NCBI GenBank assembly: GCA_040954595.2
Contig: CM082595.2
Location: forward strand, 4,862,137 to 4,926,136
DNA: 64,000 nt
Direction of reading: 5' to 3'
Source of the DNA: Balanoglossus misakiensis
Lineage: Eukaryota; Animalia; Hemichordata
Part shown: positions 15,001-28,440 of the stretch, one piece after another
How positions within the stretch are numbered: position 1 is the first letter of the stretch
Layout of the letters: every line of letters starts with the position of its first letter
Notes under the pieces: model-generated
What the model was told of the DNA's origin: nothing
What the model saw: the letters and a program-made list of their open reading frames with translations, nothing else
Databases searched by the model: none
Translations under genes and position numbers: made by a program

Positions 15001-18000
15001 TAGAAAACCCTGTAGTGGCTGGGACAGTAGTCGTTGCACCTACAGTTGTGTCTTGGGTTGATGGAGCATCAGTGGTTTCAGCGACTGTCGTTGTGGCTGC
15101 AGTAGAAAACCCTGTAGTGGCTGGGACAGTAGTCGTTGCACCTACAGTTGTGTCTCGGGTTGATGGAGCATCAGTGGTTTCAGCGACTGTCGTTGTGGCT
15201 GCAGTAGAAAACCCTGTAGTGGCTGGGACAGTAGTCGTTGCACCTACAGTTGTGTCTTGGGTTGATGGATCATCAGTGGTTTCAGCGACTGTTGTTGTGG
15301 CTCCAGTAGAAAACCCTGTAGTGGCTGGGACAGTAGTCGTTGCACCTACAGTTGTGTCTTGGGTTGATGGAGCATCAGTGGTTTCAGCGACTGTTGTTGT
15401 GGCTGCAGTAGAAAACCCTGTAGTGGCTGGGACAGTAGTCGTTGCACCTACAGTTGTGTCTTGGGTTGATGGAGCATCAGTGGTTTCAGCGACTGTTGTT
15501 GTGGCTGCTGTAGAAAACGCTGTAGTGGCTGGGACAGTAGTCGTTGCACCTACAGTTGTGTCTTGGGTTGATGGAGCATCAGTGGTTTCAGCGACTGTTG
15601 TTGTGGCTGCTGTAGAAAACCCTGTAGTGGCTGGGACAGTAGTCGTTGCACCTACAGTTGTGTCTTGGGTTGATGGAGCATCAGTGGTTTCAGCGACTGT
15701 TGTTGTGGCTGCTGTAGAAAACCCTGTAGTGGCTGGGACAGTAGTCGTTGCACCTACAGTTGTGTCTTGGGTTGATGGAGCATCAGTGGTTTCAGCGACT
15801 GTTGTTGTGGCTGCTGTAGAAAACCCTGTAGATGCTGGGACAGTAGTCGTTGCACCTACAGTTGTGTCTTGGGTTGATGGGGCATCAGTGGTTTCAGCGA
15901 CTGTTGTTGTGGCTGCAGTAGATAACCCTGTAGTGGCTGGGACAGTAGTCGTTGCACCTACAGTTGTGTCTTGGGTTGATGGAGCATCAGTGGTTTCAGC
16001 GACTGTTGTTGTGGCTGTAGTAGAAAACCCTGTAGTGGCTGGGACAGTAGTCGTTGCACCTACAGTTGTGTCTTGGGTTGATGGAGCATCAGTGGTTTCA
16101 GCGACTGTTGTTGTGGCTGTAGTAGAAAACCCTGTAGTGGCTGGGACAGTAGTCGTTGCACCTACAGTTGTTTCTTGGGTTGATGGAACATCAGTGGTTT
16201 CAGCGACTGTCGTTGTGGCTGCAGTAGAAAACCCTGTAGTGGCTGGGACAGTAGTCGTTTCACCTACAGTTGTGACTTGGGTTGATGGAGCATCAGTGGT
16301 CTCAGCGACTGTTGTTGTGGCTGCAGTAGAAAACCCTGTAGTGGCTGGGACAGTAGTCGTTTCACCTACAGTTGTGTCTTGGGTTGATGGAGCATCAGTG
16401 GTCTCAGCGACTGTTGTTGTGGCTGCAGTAGAAAACCCTGTAGTGGCTGGGACATTAGTCGTTTCACCTACAGTTGTGTCTTGGGTTGATGGAGCATCAG
16501 TGGTCTCAGCGACTGTTGTTGTGGCTGCCGTAGAAAACCCTGTAGTGGCTGGGACAGTAGTCGTTTCACCTACAGTTGTGTCTTGGGTTGATGGAGCATC
16601 AGTGGTCTCAGCGACTGTTGTTGTGGCTGCAGTAGAAAACCCTGTAGTGGCTGGGACAGTAGTCGTTTCACCTACAGTTGTGACTTGGGTTGATGGAGCA
16701 TCAGTGGTCTCAGCGACTGTTGTTGTGGCTGCAGTAGAAAACCCTGTAGTGGCTGGGACAGTAGTCGTTTCACCTACAGTTGTGACTTGGGTTGATGGAG
16801 CATCAGTGGTCTCAGCGACTGTTGTTGTGGCTGCAGTAGAAACCCCTGTAGTGGCTGGGACAGTAGTCGTTTCACCTACAGTTGTGACTTGGGTTGATGG
16901 AGCATCAGTGGTCTCAGCGACTGTTGTTGTGGCTGCCGTAGAAAACCCTGTAGTGGCTGGGACAGTAGTCGTTTCACCTACAGTTGTGACTTGGGTTGAT
17001 GGAGCATCAGTGGTCTCAGCGACTGTTGTTGTGGCTGCCGTAGAAAACCCTGTAGTGGCTGGGACAGTAGTCGTTTCACCTACAGTTGTGACTTGGGTTG
17101 ATGGAGCATCAGTGGTCTCAGCGACTGTTGTTGTGGCTGCCGTAGAAAACCCTGTAGTGGCTGGGACAGTAGTCGTTTCACCTACAGTTGTGTCTTGGGT
17201 TGATGGAGCATCAGTGGTCTCAGCGACTGTTGTTGTGGCTGCCGTAGAAAACCCTGTAGTGGCTGGGACAGTAGTCGTTGCACCTACAGTTGTGACTTGG
17301 GTTGATGGAGCATCAGTGGTCTCAGCGACTGTTGTTGTGGCTGCCGTAGAAAACCCTGTAGTGGCTGGGACAGTAGTCGTTTCACCTACAGTTGTGACTT
17401 GGGTTGATGGAGCATCAGTGGTCTCAGCGACTGTTGTTGTGGCTGCCGTAGAAAACCCTGTAGTGGCTGGGACAGTAGTCGTTTCACCTACAGTTGTGAC
17501 TTGGGTTGATGGAGCATCAGTGGTCTCAGTGACTGTTGTTGTGGCTGCCGTAGAAAACCCTGTAGTGGCTGGGACAGTAGTCGTTTCACCTACAGTTGTG
17601 ACTTGGGTTGATGGAGCATCAGTGGTCTCAGCGACTGTTGTTGTGGCTGCAGTAGAAAACCCTGTAGTGGCTGGGACAGTAGTCGTTTCACCTAAAGTTG
17701 TGACTTGGGTTGATGGAGCATCAGTGGTCTCAGCGACTGTTGTTGTGGCTGCAGTAGAAAACCCTGTAGTGGCTGGGACAGTAGTCGTTTCACCTACAGT
17801 TGTGACTTGGGTTGATGGAGCATCAGTGGTCTCAGCGACTGTTGTTGTGGCTGCAGTAGAAAACCCTGTAGTGGCTGGGACTGTAGTCGTTTCACCTACA
17901 GTTGTGACTTGGGTTGTTGGAGCATCAGTGGTCTCAGCGACTGTTGTTGTGGCTGCAGTAGAAAACCCTGTAGTGGCTGGGACAGTAGTCGTTTCACCTA

Positions 18001-20970
18001 CAGTTGTGACTTGGGTTGATGGAGCATCAGTGGTCTCAGCGACTGTTGTTGTGGCTGCAGTAGAAAACCCTGTAGTGGCTGGGACTGTAGTCGTTTCACC
18101 TACAGTTGTGACTTGGGTTGATGGAGCATCAGTGGTCTCAGCGACTGTTGTTGTGGCTGCAGTAGAAAACCCTGTAGTGGCTGGGACTGTAGTCGTTTCA
18201 CCTACAGTTGTGACTTGGGTTGTTGGAGCATCAGTGGTCTCAGCGACTGTTGTTGTGGCTGCAGTAGAAAACCCTGTAGTGGCTGGGACTGTAGTCGTTT
18301 CACCTACAGTTGTGACTTGGGTTGATGGAGCATCAGTGGTCTCAGCGACTGTTGTTGTGGCTGCAGTAGAAAACCCTGTAGTGGCTGGGACAGTAGTCGT
18401 TTCACCTACAGTTGTGACTTGGGTTGATGGAGCATCAGTGGTCTCAGCGACTGTTGTTGTGGCTGCAGTAGAAAACCCTGTAGTGGCTGGGACAGTAGTC
18501 GTTTCACCTACAGTTGTGACTTGGGTTGATGGAGCATCAGTGGTCTCAGCGACTGTTGTTGTGGCTGCAGTAGAAAACCCTGTAGTGGCTGGGACAGTAG
18601 TCGTTTCACCTACAGTTGTGACTTGCGTTGATGGAGCATCAGTGGTCTCAGCGACTGTTGTTGTGGCTGCAGTAGAAAACCCTGTAGTGGCTGGGACAGT
18701 AGTCGTTTCACCTACAGGTGTGACTTGGGTTGATGGAGCATCAGTGGTCTCAGCGACTGTTGTTGTGGCTGCAGTAGAAAACCCTGTAGTGGCTGGGACA
18801 GTAGTCGTTTCACCTACAGTTGTGACTTGGGTTGATGGAGCATCAGTGGTCTCAGCGACTGTTGTTGTGGCTGCAGTAGAAAACCCTGTAGTGGCTGGGA
18901 CAGTAGTCGTTTCACCTACAGTTGTGACTTGGGTTGATGGAGCATCAGTGGTCTCAGCGACTGTTGTTGTGGCTGCAGTAGAAAACCCTGTAGTGGCTGG
19001 GACAGTAGTCGTTTCACCTACAGTTGTGACTTGCGTTGATGGAGCATCAGTGGTCTCAGCGACTGTTGTTGTGGCTGCAGTAGAAAACCCTGTAGTGGCT
19101 GGGACAGTAGTCGTTTCACCTACAGTTGTGACTTGGGTTGATGGAGCATCAGTGGTCTCAGCGACTGTTGTTGTGGCTGCAGTAGAAAACCCTGTAGTGG
19201 CTGGGACAGTAGTCGTTTCACCTACAGTTGTGACTTGGGTTGATGGAGCATCAGTGGTCTCAGCGACTGTTGTTGTGGCTGCAGTAGAAAACCCTGTAGT
19301 GGCTGGGACAGTAGTCGTTTCACCTACAGTTGTGACTTGGGTTGATGGAGCATCAGTGGTCTCAGCGACTGTTGTTGTGGCTGCAGTAGAAAACCCTGTA
19401 GTGGCTGGGACAGTAGTCGTTTCAGCTACAGTTGTGACTTGGGTTGATGGAGCATCAGTGGTCTCAGCGACTGTTGTTGTGGCTGCCGTAGAAAACCCTG
19501 TAGTGGCTGGGACAGTAGTCGTTTCACCTACAGTTGTGACTTGGGTTGATGGAGCATCAGTGGTCTCAGCGACTGTTGTTGTGGCTGCAGTAGAAAACCC
19601 TGTAGTGGCTGGGACAGTAGTCGTTTCACCTAAAGTTGTGACTTGGGTTGATGGAGCATCAGTGGTCTCAGCGACTGTTGTTGTGGCTGCAGTAGAAAAC
19701 CCTGTAGTGGCTGGGACAGTAGTCGTTTCACCTACAGTTGTGACTTGGGTTGATGGAGCATCAGTGGTCTCAGCGACTGTTGTTGTGGCTGCAGTAGAAA
19801 ACCCTGTAGTGGCTGGGACAGTAGTCGTTTCACCTAAAGTTGTGACTTGGGTTGATGGAGCATCAGTGGTCTCAGCGACTGTTGTTGTGGCTGCAGTAGA
19901 AAACCCTGTAGTGGCTGGGACAGTAGTCGTTTCACCTACAGTTGTGACTTGGGTTGATGGAGCATCAGTGGTCTCAGCGACTGTTGTTGTGGCTGCAGTA
20001 GAAAACCCTGTAGTGGCTGGGACAGTAGTCGTTTCACCTACAGTTGTGACTTGGGTTGATGGAGCATCAGTGGTCTCAGCGACTGTTGTTGTGGCTGCAG
20101 TAGAAAACCCTGTAGTGGCTGGGACTGTAGTCGTTTCACCTACAGTTGTGACTTGGGTTGTTGGAGCATCAGTGGTCTCAGCGACTGTTGTTGTGGCTGC
20201 AGTAGAAAACCCTGTAGTGGCTGGGACTGTAGTCGTTTCACCTACAGTTGTGACTTGGGTTGTTGGAGCATCAGTGGTCTCAGCGACTGTTGTTGTGGCT
20301 GCAGTAAAAAACCCTGTAGTGGCTGGGACTGTAGTCGTTTCACCTACAGTTGTGACTTGGGTTGATGGAGCATCAGTGGTCTCAGCGACTGTTGTTGTGG
20401 CTGCAGTAGAAAACCCTGTAGTGGCTGGGACAGTAGTCGTTTCACCTACAGTTGTGACTTGGGTTGATGGAGCATCAGTGGTCTCAGCGACTGTTGTTGT
20501 GGCTGCAGTAGAAAACCCTGTAGTGGCTGGGACAGTAGTCGTTTCACCTACAGTTGTGACTTGGGTTGATGGAGCATCAGTGGTCTCAGCGACTGTTGTT
20601 GTGGCTGCAGTAGAAAACCCTGTAGTGGCTGGGACAGTAGTCGTTTCACCTACAGTTGTGACTTGCGTTGATGGAGCATCAGTGGTTTCAGCGACTGTTG
20701 TTGTGGCCCCAGTAGAAAAGCCTTTAGTTGCCGGGACAGTAGTCGTTTCACCTACAGTTGTGTCTTGGGTTGATGGAGCATCAGTGGTTTCAGCGACTGT
20801 TGTTATGGCTGCAGTAGAAAATCCTGTAGTGGCTGGGACAGTAGTCGTTTCACCTACAGTTGTGTCTTGGGTTGATGGAACATCAGTGGTTTCAGCGACT
20901 GTTGTTGTCGCTCCAGTAGAAAATCCTGTAGTATCTGGGACAGTAGTCGTTGCACCTACAGTCGTGTCTG
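1..20970. repeat. Coding tandem repeat (VNTR), 102-bp unit, about 205 copies
   Basis: The unit ctgcagtagaaaaccctgtagtggctgggacagtagtcgttgcacctacagttgtgtcttgggttgatggagcatcagtggtttcagcgactgttgttgtgg recurs every 102 bp with substitutions only. It degenerates near 20700-20990. Confidence 0.98.
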
Positions 20971-20994
20971 TTGTTTCAGCCGGTGTTGTTATTG
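1..20994 (-). CDS. Giant Thr-rich mucin-like (PTS) exon 2, at least 7000 aa, truncated at the left window edge
   Basis: The minus strand reads as an open frame of 34-aa units (ATTTVAETTDAPSTQDTTVGATTTVPATTGFSTA; 14 Thr + 2 Ser). Acceptor tttttctttacctctatcatatctcactgcAG ends at 20995. Phase 1 matches the exon at 29604-29709 (G+CA = Ala, then ITTPAETTDTTVG). The ORF track missed it because it runs off the window without a stop. Confidence 0.88.
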
Positions 20995-23900
20995 CTGCAG
21001 TGAGATATGATAGAGGTAAAGAAAAACTAACCACACATGAAATGAATATGCTCACACGGCTGGATTGCAATGTGGCATTGCTGTGTTTTCTCTATGGTTG
21101 GGGAACAATGGTAGATGATTCTGGAACACCAGTAAAAAATCTGCCCTCATTAGGATGACTGCATTGGTGTACTTGGGAAAAACCATGTAAAAACACTGTA
21201 GAAATTAACACAGGTTTCTTTTAGTTGAATACCAATCTTAATCAACACACTGTATTACATTCATAACCAGTATAGTTACTGTACATTCTGGGTGGCAAAT
21301 TTCACATTAAGCTTGCTAAAATTGACTTGTGAATGTCAAACAAGCATGGACAGTGAAAAACAGGTGGGCGGGCACGGCGTCGTTGCCAAGGAAGAATCCC
21401 AGAACTGTCGTAACACTCCATTGTATTATTCAAGCATTATAGGCGTATGGGTTCGGAAAATACCGAATATTCATCGTCCAAATTCGGGCGTCAAAAGTCG
21501 TTCTCCAGTATAGAATCGTAGGGGTCAAAAGTCAATTTACTATCCTGTAGTCCGTTGTGATACAAGGATGTACTAAATGCCATTGCTATGTCAGTGACAT
21601 TTCAAATGCAAAAAAGCGCATGATTGTTACTGTCAAATGTTGTGGTCTACACGCGTCGATATTTGTAGTCATGCTTGTTTTTGGTGACAGCGCCCTCACC
21701 TCTGAAAGCCGTCTATCATTCATTCATGTACTTATACATTAGTTGATTAATTGATTGATTGGTTCATTCATTCATTTGTTCGTTCGTTCATTCGTTTATT
21801 TGTTTGTTGTTTGTTTATCACATATTTAAATTAATGTTCAATAATGTGAAGGTATTTTAAAAAGTAGTCCTAGTCAATATTAGTAACGCGAAAAATAACA
21901 TTGACAAAAGAACATTGAAAGCGCACAGTTGAAAACTACTGAGGTTTTCTTTGCAATGAAATAGTTTACTGGATTAAAAAAGCGGTTTCTATCGCCCATA
22001 AAGCACAGGACAACTTCCCTATTGACTGCATCGGCCGTACAGATTAGCTTTTTACGCGGAGATTGCCCTTTAACCCGCGTCGACGACCGATAAGAAGGCT
22101 TTGTCTCGTTTACGATCTCATCGTTCGACTTTTCCCACAATATAGTGCAGGGTGTGGCAAACAAATGGTTGTGATTTTCCCATATTAATGGAGCTCTTGC
22201 TTCTGAGTCTGCGCCTGCGTGGGTTTCTGTCGGGAAAAATCTGAACGTCAGCTTTTCTTGCGAAATGTCCTGTCATAGCTAAACGTTTCTTCATTCATAA
22301 GACTTGGACAACGACTTAAAATCTATTGTAATCTCCAGGCACGTTTTTTGGAGGGGGGGGTGTCCTCTACCATGTGTATTTAGACTCAAGTCTGTGATTT
22401 GTGTTTTCTTTTCATATAAAACGTTCCGGTGGGGTGAACGAGATGAATGGTGTGAGTTAAAAGTGAGTTTCAACCAGTAGAAACTAGCTCACTACCGCGC
22501 AGACTTAGCTCGAACGCGTTGGATCGCTACGGAAAGCTTTCTCGACGGCCGGGGGGGGGGGGGAGGCTGAACTTCAAATAGGTGTACATGGCCCTGGAAA
22601 AAAATACGAGATTCTGTGTTTTAATTCACATACTTTAACCATGTCTTGACGTTATGTGAGCTTACTTATTTCCTTCGCTATACCAGTTTACCCGCCTACA
22701 TATCAAAAGTTTGAGTGGACGAGATTTTCCACAGATGGCGTTGCGATTTACTCCTGAACCGTTTGTCTAGCCGATGATAATGTCCCGAGCACTCTCAGCC
22801 TCATCCACCTCTACAGTTTGACCACCGATGTATAAATTCCAAAACGCCTCTCACAATAGCGTTTCGAAGCCGGCCATTCTTTGGCTCAGAAGGGTCGTTT
22901 TGTGAAAAGGTTTTAGCGCTCTGCGTGTGCATCGTGGGTTTTCATCGTTGAAAGTTCTATTATCTGCGGCTCTTACTGTATTCTCCTGTCGTTTAATGGT
23001 CAAATCGCACAAATCAGACAGCGAACACTTTCCCACGACTCGAAGACACAAACAAGACGGCGGAAGCACACTTGCAAAATTGAAAATGTCACATGGAAAA
23101 CAAGACTAGTATAAAGGACGACGAAAAACAAGGAGAATTCAAGCGCAATAACACGCCTATCGATAACCAGAAGATGCAATTGGAGATACCCTGTGATTCA
23201 TTCTCATAGGTGAAACCCATGATAAATGAGCATGCTTATTAGATTAGATTATGAAGTGAAGATTCAGATATCCATAAATTTATTTTTGGAATCAGGAAAT
23301 ATGTTTTCTGCAGACGAGGAAATTAAGCGAACCCTTAATTGCCCACCCCACCCTACCCTCCATTCATCATAAACGACCTGGTCTTTAACAAGCCGACTGT
23401 TAATAATGCATTTCGTATTTTTTTGTGTTCGTGCTCAATCGTGATTCTAGACATAAAGACGGCACTCACTTTCACAACAGGCCTGCCTTTAATAGGAAGT
23501 CACGACATTTATAGAAAAGGCGGAAAATTCCCATCCATTTACCCTGACAATGGCGGCAAATGTCATAAACATCATTGTCCGCGACAAAAGGTCGAAAAAT
23601 TCAATCGGAATTGCCCGGCTAAAATGAGACTAAAGATGGCTTTCTCTGCTCGGACTTTGGTGCACGGGGACCTACATGACTGAGATCACGGCATTATGTT
23701 CACGTGACTGAGAATTGAAAAGCAGCATACACTATACAGGTAAATGGCGCTTATGAACGGAATGTGCCTTCTTTGTGGCAGCTATATTTTTGAATAGAGA
23801 ATTATACATGATATGGGTGCCGCACTGTGAATATGCAGTCCTCTAAAACATTTCCCTTATCTTGATAAATAGTTTTCCACCGACCCACTTCATCATGGCG

Positions 23901-26900
23901 TTAAAATTATACACGTTTGTACCGAATAAGAAAAATATTTACACCGATCAAACCAATGGGTGACATTCTCCATGTTCGCAGACGTTTAAACACAAATGTC
24001 GCTATATGACGTCATGCCGCACAACTGAAAGAGCCGGAAGTGCTTTTCAGCTTATCAAAAATATTTCAACTTAAAATAGTTAGCGTATGCGCCTGGACAA
24101 TTTCAGTCGTAAACTTTTTTTTCTGACGTTTTGCTCGGCTCTAAACAGCTTTAAATTATTCGCTCTTGGTTCTGGTTCTTGTCAAATCATACCGCTCTCT
24201 CTCAAAGAAAGAAAACATTTCCCAACCCCTGAAATACGCGCCCAAATGGTCAATAAACCTATCAATGGGACTGGAGTGCCGATCAGGCGTTGCTGGTAAC
24301 TTTATGATGCAGCCGTCATTGTAGGCACGGCGTTATCGACGGCACGATGGCTTTCGCAACGACTGTTTAAAATTGAAAGGAGTTCACGTATTCGCTGGCG
24401 CAGCAGTTGTTGAACCCAAAAAGGGGAGAATTCGCCACTCCCTGCTGAGAAAAAAAAACTATTAGCGTCAAGCTGTCAAGTTTGAGAACACTCTCAATAC
24501 ACTCCCTGAAATACCGAGCACTCCTTTGAGTCTAAAAATACCTATAGAAGTGTCGTCTGACAAGAGCATTTCAATACAACTGATTAATTTCTAAAATATG
24601 ACGAGTTTTTTCAGTGCACACACAAATGTGCTAACCGTCCGAGCAGGTTTATGTAGAAGCTGTTTACTCTCATCGCGAGGTTAATAAAAGTTCTCGATGA
24701 AAAAGTTCACAGCCCTGCGTGGTCTGGAAGCATAACCGAGGGTTGGTTCTTTACATTTAATTTAAATGATAGGCCACTTACATGATCCTAGATACGCGTA
24801 CGTTTATTGTATAACGAGTTCGATAACAGGTAGCGCCTGGTTACAAACTACGTAACACAAAGGAGGACGTTACATCCAGACAGTTTGTTCTGGAATTACA
24901 CAATGCCCCAATACAGGTATCCGACTTTGTTCTTTCGGTCATTCAATATTCGTGTCGTAATGAAAGGTGCTTGAATTTCATAGTGTCCACCCTTATAGAA
25001 ATCCGCGTACGTCATGACAGAACAGATTAATCGCACGGAGGGAAAAGGTTAGACTAACTAAATAGCGGTTCTGGCGCGTTGTGTTCAGAAACAAGGGCAG
25101 TCGTAACGACACAAACAAATTACATAGTTTGTAGATAGGACTATATTTACATAGGATCTCGTGGCCAGCGAATTTGCAGACTGGATTATAATATACGAGT
25201 TGAATAAAAATAGTGGTGTGATGTCTGATTCCTCTCTTGTGGGGACACGGTCGAGGCATGATGTTGACAAAGCTGCGTAGCTATAGCAACGGTGATTCAT
25301 GAGAGATACCGTAAAGGTTAATGACCACTTTCAAGTCGCCATGACAACGCCCTGTGTACCTGCGTCTTGTCTGCTGCGAAGGCTGTGGACAACGTAACGG
25401 CAGATCTGACATCATAATTTTACTTTACACAAACGCTTGGTCAAACGATCTTGTTATACCATGCACTGTCATGGATCCACGTATAAAACTAAAGCCTTTT
25501 CTATGAATCATCACAGTAAATAGTATAGACATGTTTGTTCTTTTTTGTCTACCTGAATGTTGATTGTTTGTTCGTTCTGTTTATTTGTTTGTTTGCTTGC
25601 TTGCTTGCTTGCTTGTTTACATCGGTGGTAGACCGAAATGCTCAGAGCATTGATCACCTGCGTTAGACGTTTCAGCACAGTCAAGTTGGGCGCACATGTC
25701 AGCTATGTGGGAAAAAAACATCACCAAATACCATAGTAGCCAAAATGGGGTCGATTCGGGCAAGGGTTTAAAGCAAAGGCATCCGTGGACAACAACCTTC
25801 GCGCATCTCTTTACATACAATGGAGATGTCAAAAGACGCTCCTTCGTCACAAGGTCGAATGGAGAGTTGAGGAGTAAACTGGAGCGTGGAGAGCAGTTGG
25901 TCAAACTAGGAACGGTTCCCACCCCTCCTAAAAGCGACCGATTGAATTTCTGAAAAAAGTACCAGGGTGTACAAATGCACAGGTTAGATTTCCAGCTGCT
26001 AGGAGTGTACACGACTTTCTTTGTGTCGTGATTTTACTGCTTCGGTGTTCACATTACACAATTTGTTATTAAGCTGTAAGTTTATCCTTTGACCCGAATT
26101 CAACTTTATTACCCTTCACGTGGTCTCACACCTGGTTTCTTGCGAAACTATGTGGTATCACCATGGCAACCAGAACAAGAATATTTGACATTTAAATTCA
26201 ATTCAGTCTCTGTTTGCAAGTAAATATAACGTAATCGCGTTCTTATGGACACTGGTTCCTCCGTGATGGAAAAATGTCAGATTTCTTTCTGAAGAACCTT
26301 GTTGACTGTGAAACTGTCAAATGTGAACGCCTGTTTGAACGTTGTAGACGCAACAGTTAACTGACCAAGCTGCTGTTAATTCAGGACGCAAAATGCAATT
26401 TCGTAACACATTCTTATTAGATTATCGTCTGTTCATGTGCTCCAGCAATCCATTAAATGTTTCTACAATCTGACAGGCCTTTACGAGTCACTCAACTGGT
26501 GAATGTTCAGTCAAAGGGTCACGTTTGTTGTCTGTCTGCGTCAGAACGTGTGCAGACGGTCCGTTTTTTTTACGTCAGACAGACAATGAATACCGTCAGA
26601 ATAAAACAACAATGACTACAATGTATTTCCTATGTCATTGAGGCCATCAAAAGCAAAAAGCAACAACAGATTTTCATGTATGAATTTGTGGGTAAAATGA
26701 TCACAAATACTATCATTTTGACGACTCCAAAAATGTCAATGACACGAAGCATCCAGTATTAAATTCATATATATTTACTTTACAATTGCTATGTACATGA
26801 GTGACAATCGTCGTAAAACACGTAATGTGCATGACCAGTTTTGTTATTGTGCCAGCCCCAAGTATGAACTGTAATCAAATAATCTGTTCTGGTTTTTATT

Positions 26901-28222
26901 CGGTCTTCCATGAGCCCTTGTTATCTGTCGTGACCGTGGTAATTCGAAGAATCTTTTGTTTCAATTGCAAAACATCCTGCTAAGATTTGAAGAAAATGCA
27001 GGGGAGTAGCAATGAGAAGTCAAGTGCCTTGCCAAAGGACAGGAGTTGACCATCAGCAGTTACAAAGGACGGCAGAACAAGCCCTAAATATGAGAATTAG
27101 CGGTCGTACAATCTCCAGGGAAAAAACGTCCTTGGGATCTTCAAGTCAGGTGATCATAGACAAGGGGGTTCAAGCTTCACGCATTTGTGCACCCCCCCCC
27201 TCCCTTTTCTGTCTTTAGCTGAAATGTCGTATTTAATGTAATTGCCCCATTAATGTCTGGACATATCACGGTTCTAATTGACATGTCAAAGGGCTTCAGA
27301 AACGACCGTGGGAGTTAAAGGTCACCGAGCCAATAAGTAAAGGACGGGGCTTTTCAAAACTTTTTGTGAGAATAAGCTCTCTCTACATGTTCTGAGCCTT
27401 TAACCAAAATCGTTTAGTGTTAAGGACGACCTATCTATTCAAGTCATTGTGACCTGTCCGAGGATGAGACTAATACTACCTACGATGTGCAGCTAATTGC
27501 GAAATACTATTAAGCTTACAACGACGGTTATATTGTGTACATCCGTCATTTTCTGGATGTTACTCCCAAGATCCCGATACACCTTCGTGGGATATCTAAT
27601 GTCTTCGGTAGCATTGGGTTCAGAATGTTAAGTTAGATTGGAAGTAGGCCGACCCCAAGTTTTCGTTTTTATGAACCTTGACGGAGTATCCAACGAGCTT
27701 GTAAAAAAGGTGACATCAAATAACTACCTCCCTCCCTTTGCTGATGTGCATGTGACCATAAAACTTGAATTGGCAATAACAACACGGTACAATGAAGTAT
27801 TTGGAAGCCGCGGTTTCTTTAGTAATGGGGTGGGGGCGTAAATGTACACGTCTTGTCAGCTATGTCGCAATCGTCGCTGGCTAGAATAAAAAAAAATGCT
27901 GAAATCCAATGATGAAGTCCACGTTCAACAATACCGTAACAACCATGCCTGGTGCGTGCTTTGTCATGGATTTCACGCACTGCTTAACTTCTGTGGGGAA
28001 GTATATGGCAGAGGTCGTGCGTACGACCGAGGACGGGCTATGCTTTGAGTGTCTAGTTTTACCAGGGACGAACACTTTTTTAATTCGTCTTGTCTGTCAC
28101 GTAGCTGTGGCTAGAAACATTTCTGGACAGGCAGGTTATGTGAATTCCTGCTTCCCTTATATTTGGTAGCACGTGATGACTAAGTGGGTCACTTGTGTAG
28201 CCTTGACCGTGACACTGCAAAG

Positions 28223-28440
28223 TACAGTCAAACCTGTGTTAGTGGTCACCTATATATATTGGCCACTTTGTTACAGTCCCTGTGCAATTTGCATGTACAG
28301 TCAAACCTGTGTTAGTGGTCACCTATATATATTGGCCACTTTGTTACAGTCCCTGTGCAATTTACAATAAACACCACCTGTCTATAAAGGCCAGTTTATA
28401 AAAGTCCCTTGACTAGCCGTAATAGACAGGTTCGACTTTA
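28223..28440. mobile_element. Tc1/mariner-pogo-type MITE, family A, with a 73-bp terminal tandem duplication
   Basis: TA-cagtcaaacctgt...acaggttcgact-tta termini; 28223-28295 is repeated from 28296. Homologous to the copies at 44001 and 54609 in opposite orientation. Confidence 0.75.

Noticed and set aside
1-20970. CRISPR array or non-coding satellite
   Set aside because: There are no unique spacers. The unit length is a multiple of 3, there are no indels, and the minus frame is open and spliceable.
792-21158. 6788-aa (and 251-aa) Val-rich + strand ORFs as real proteins
   Set aside because: They are the antisense shadow of the Thr-rich mucin: GTG starts in a eukaryote, an implausibly Val-rich composition, and a stop that is synonymous on the minus strand, which has proper splice signals.
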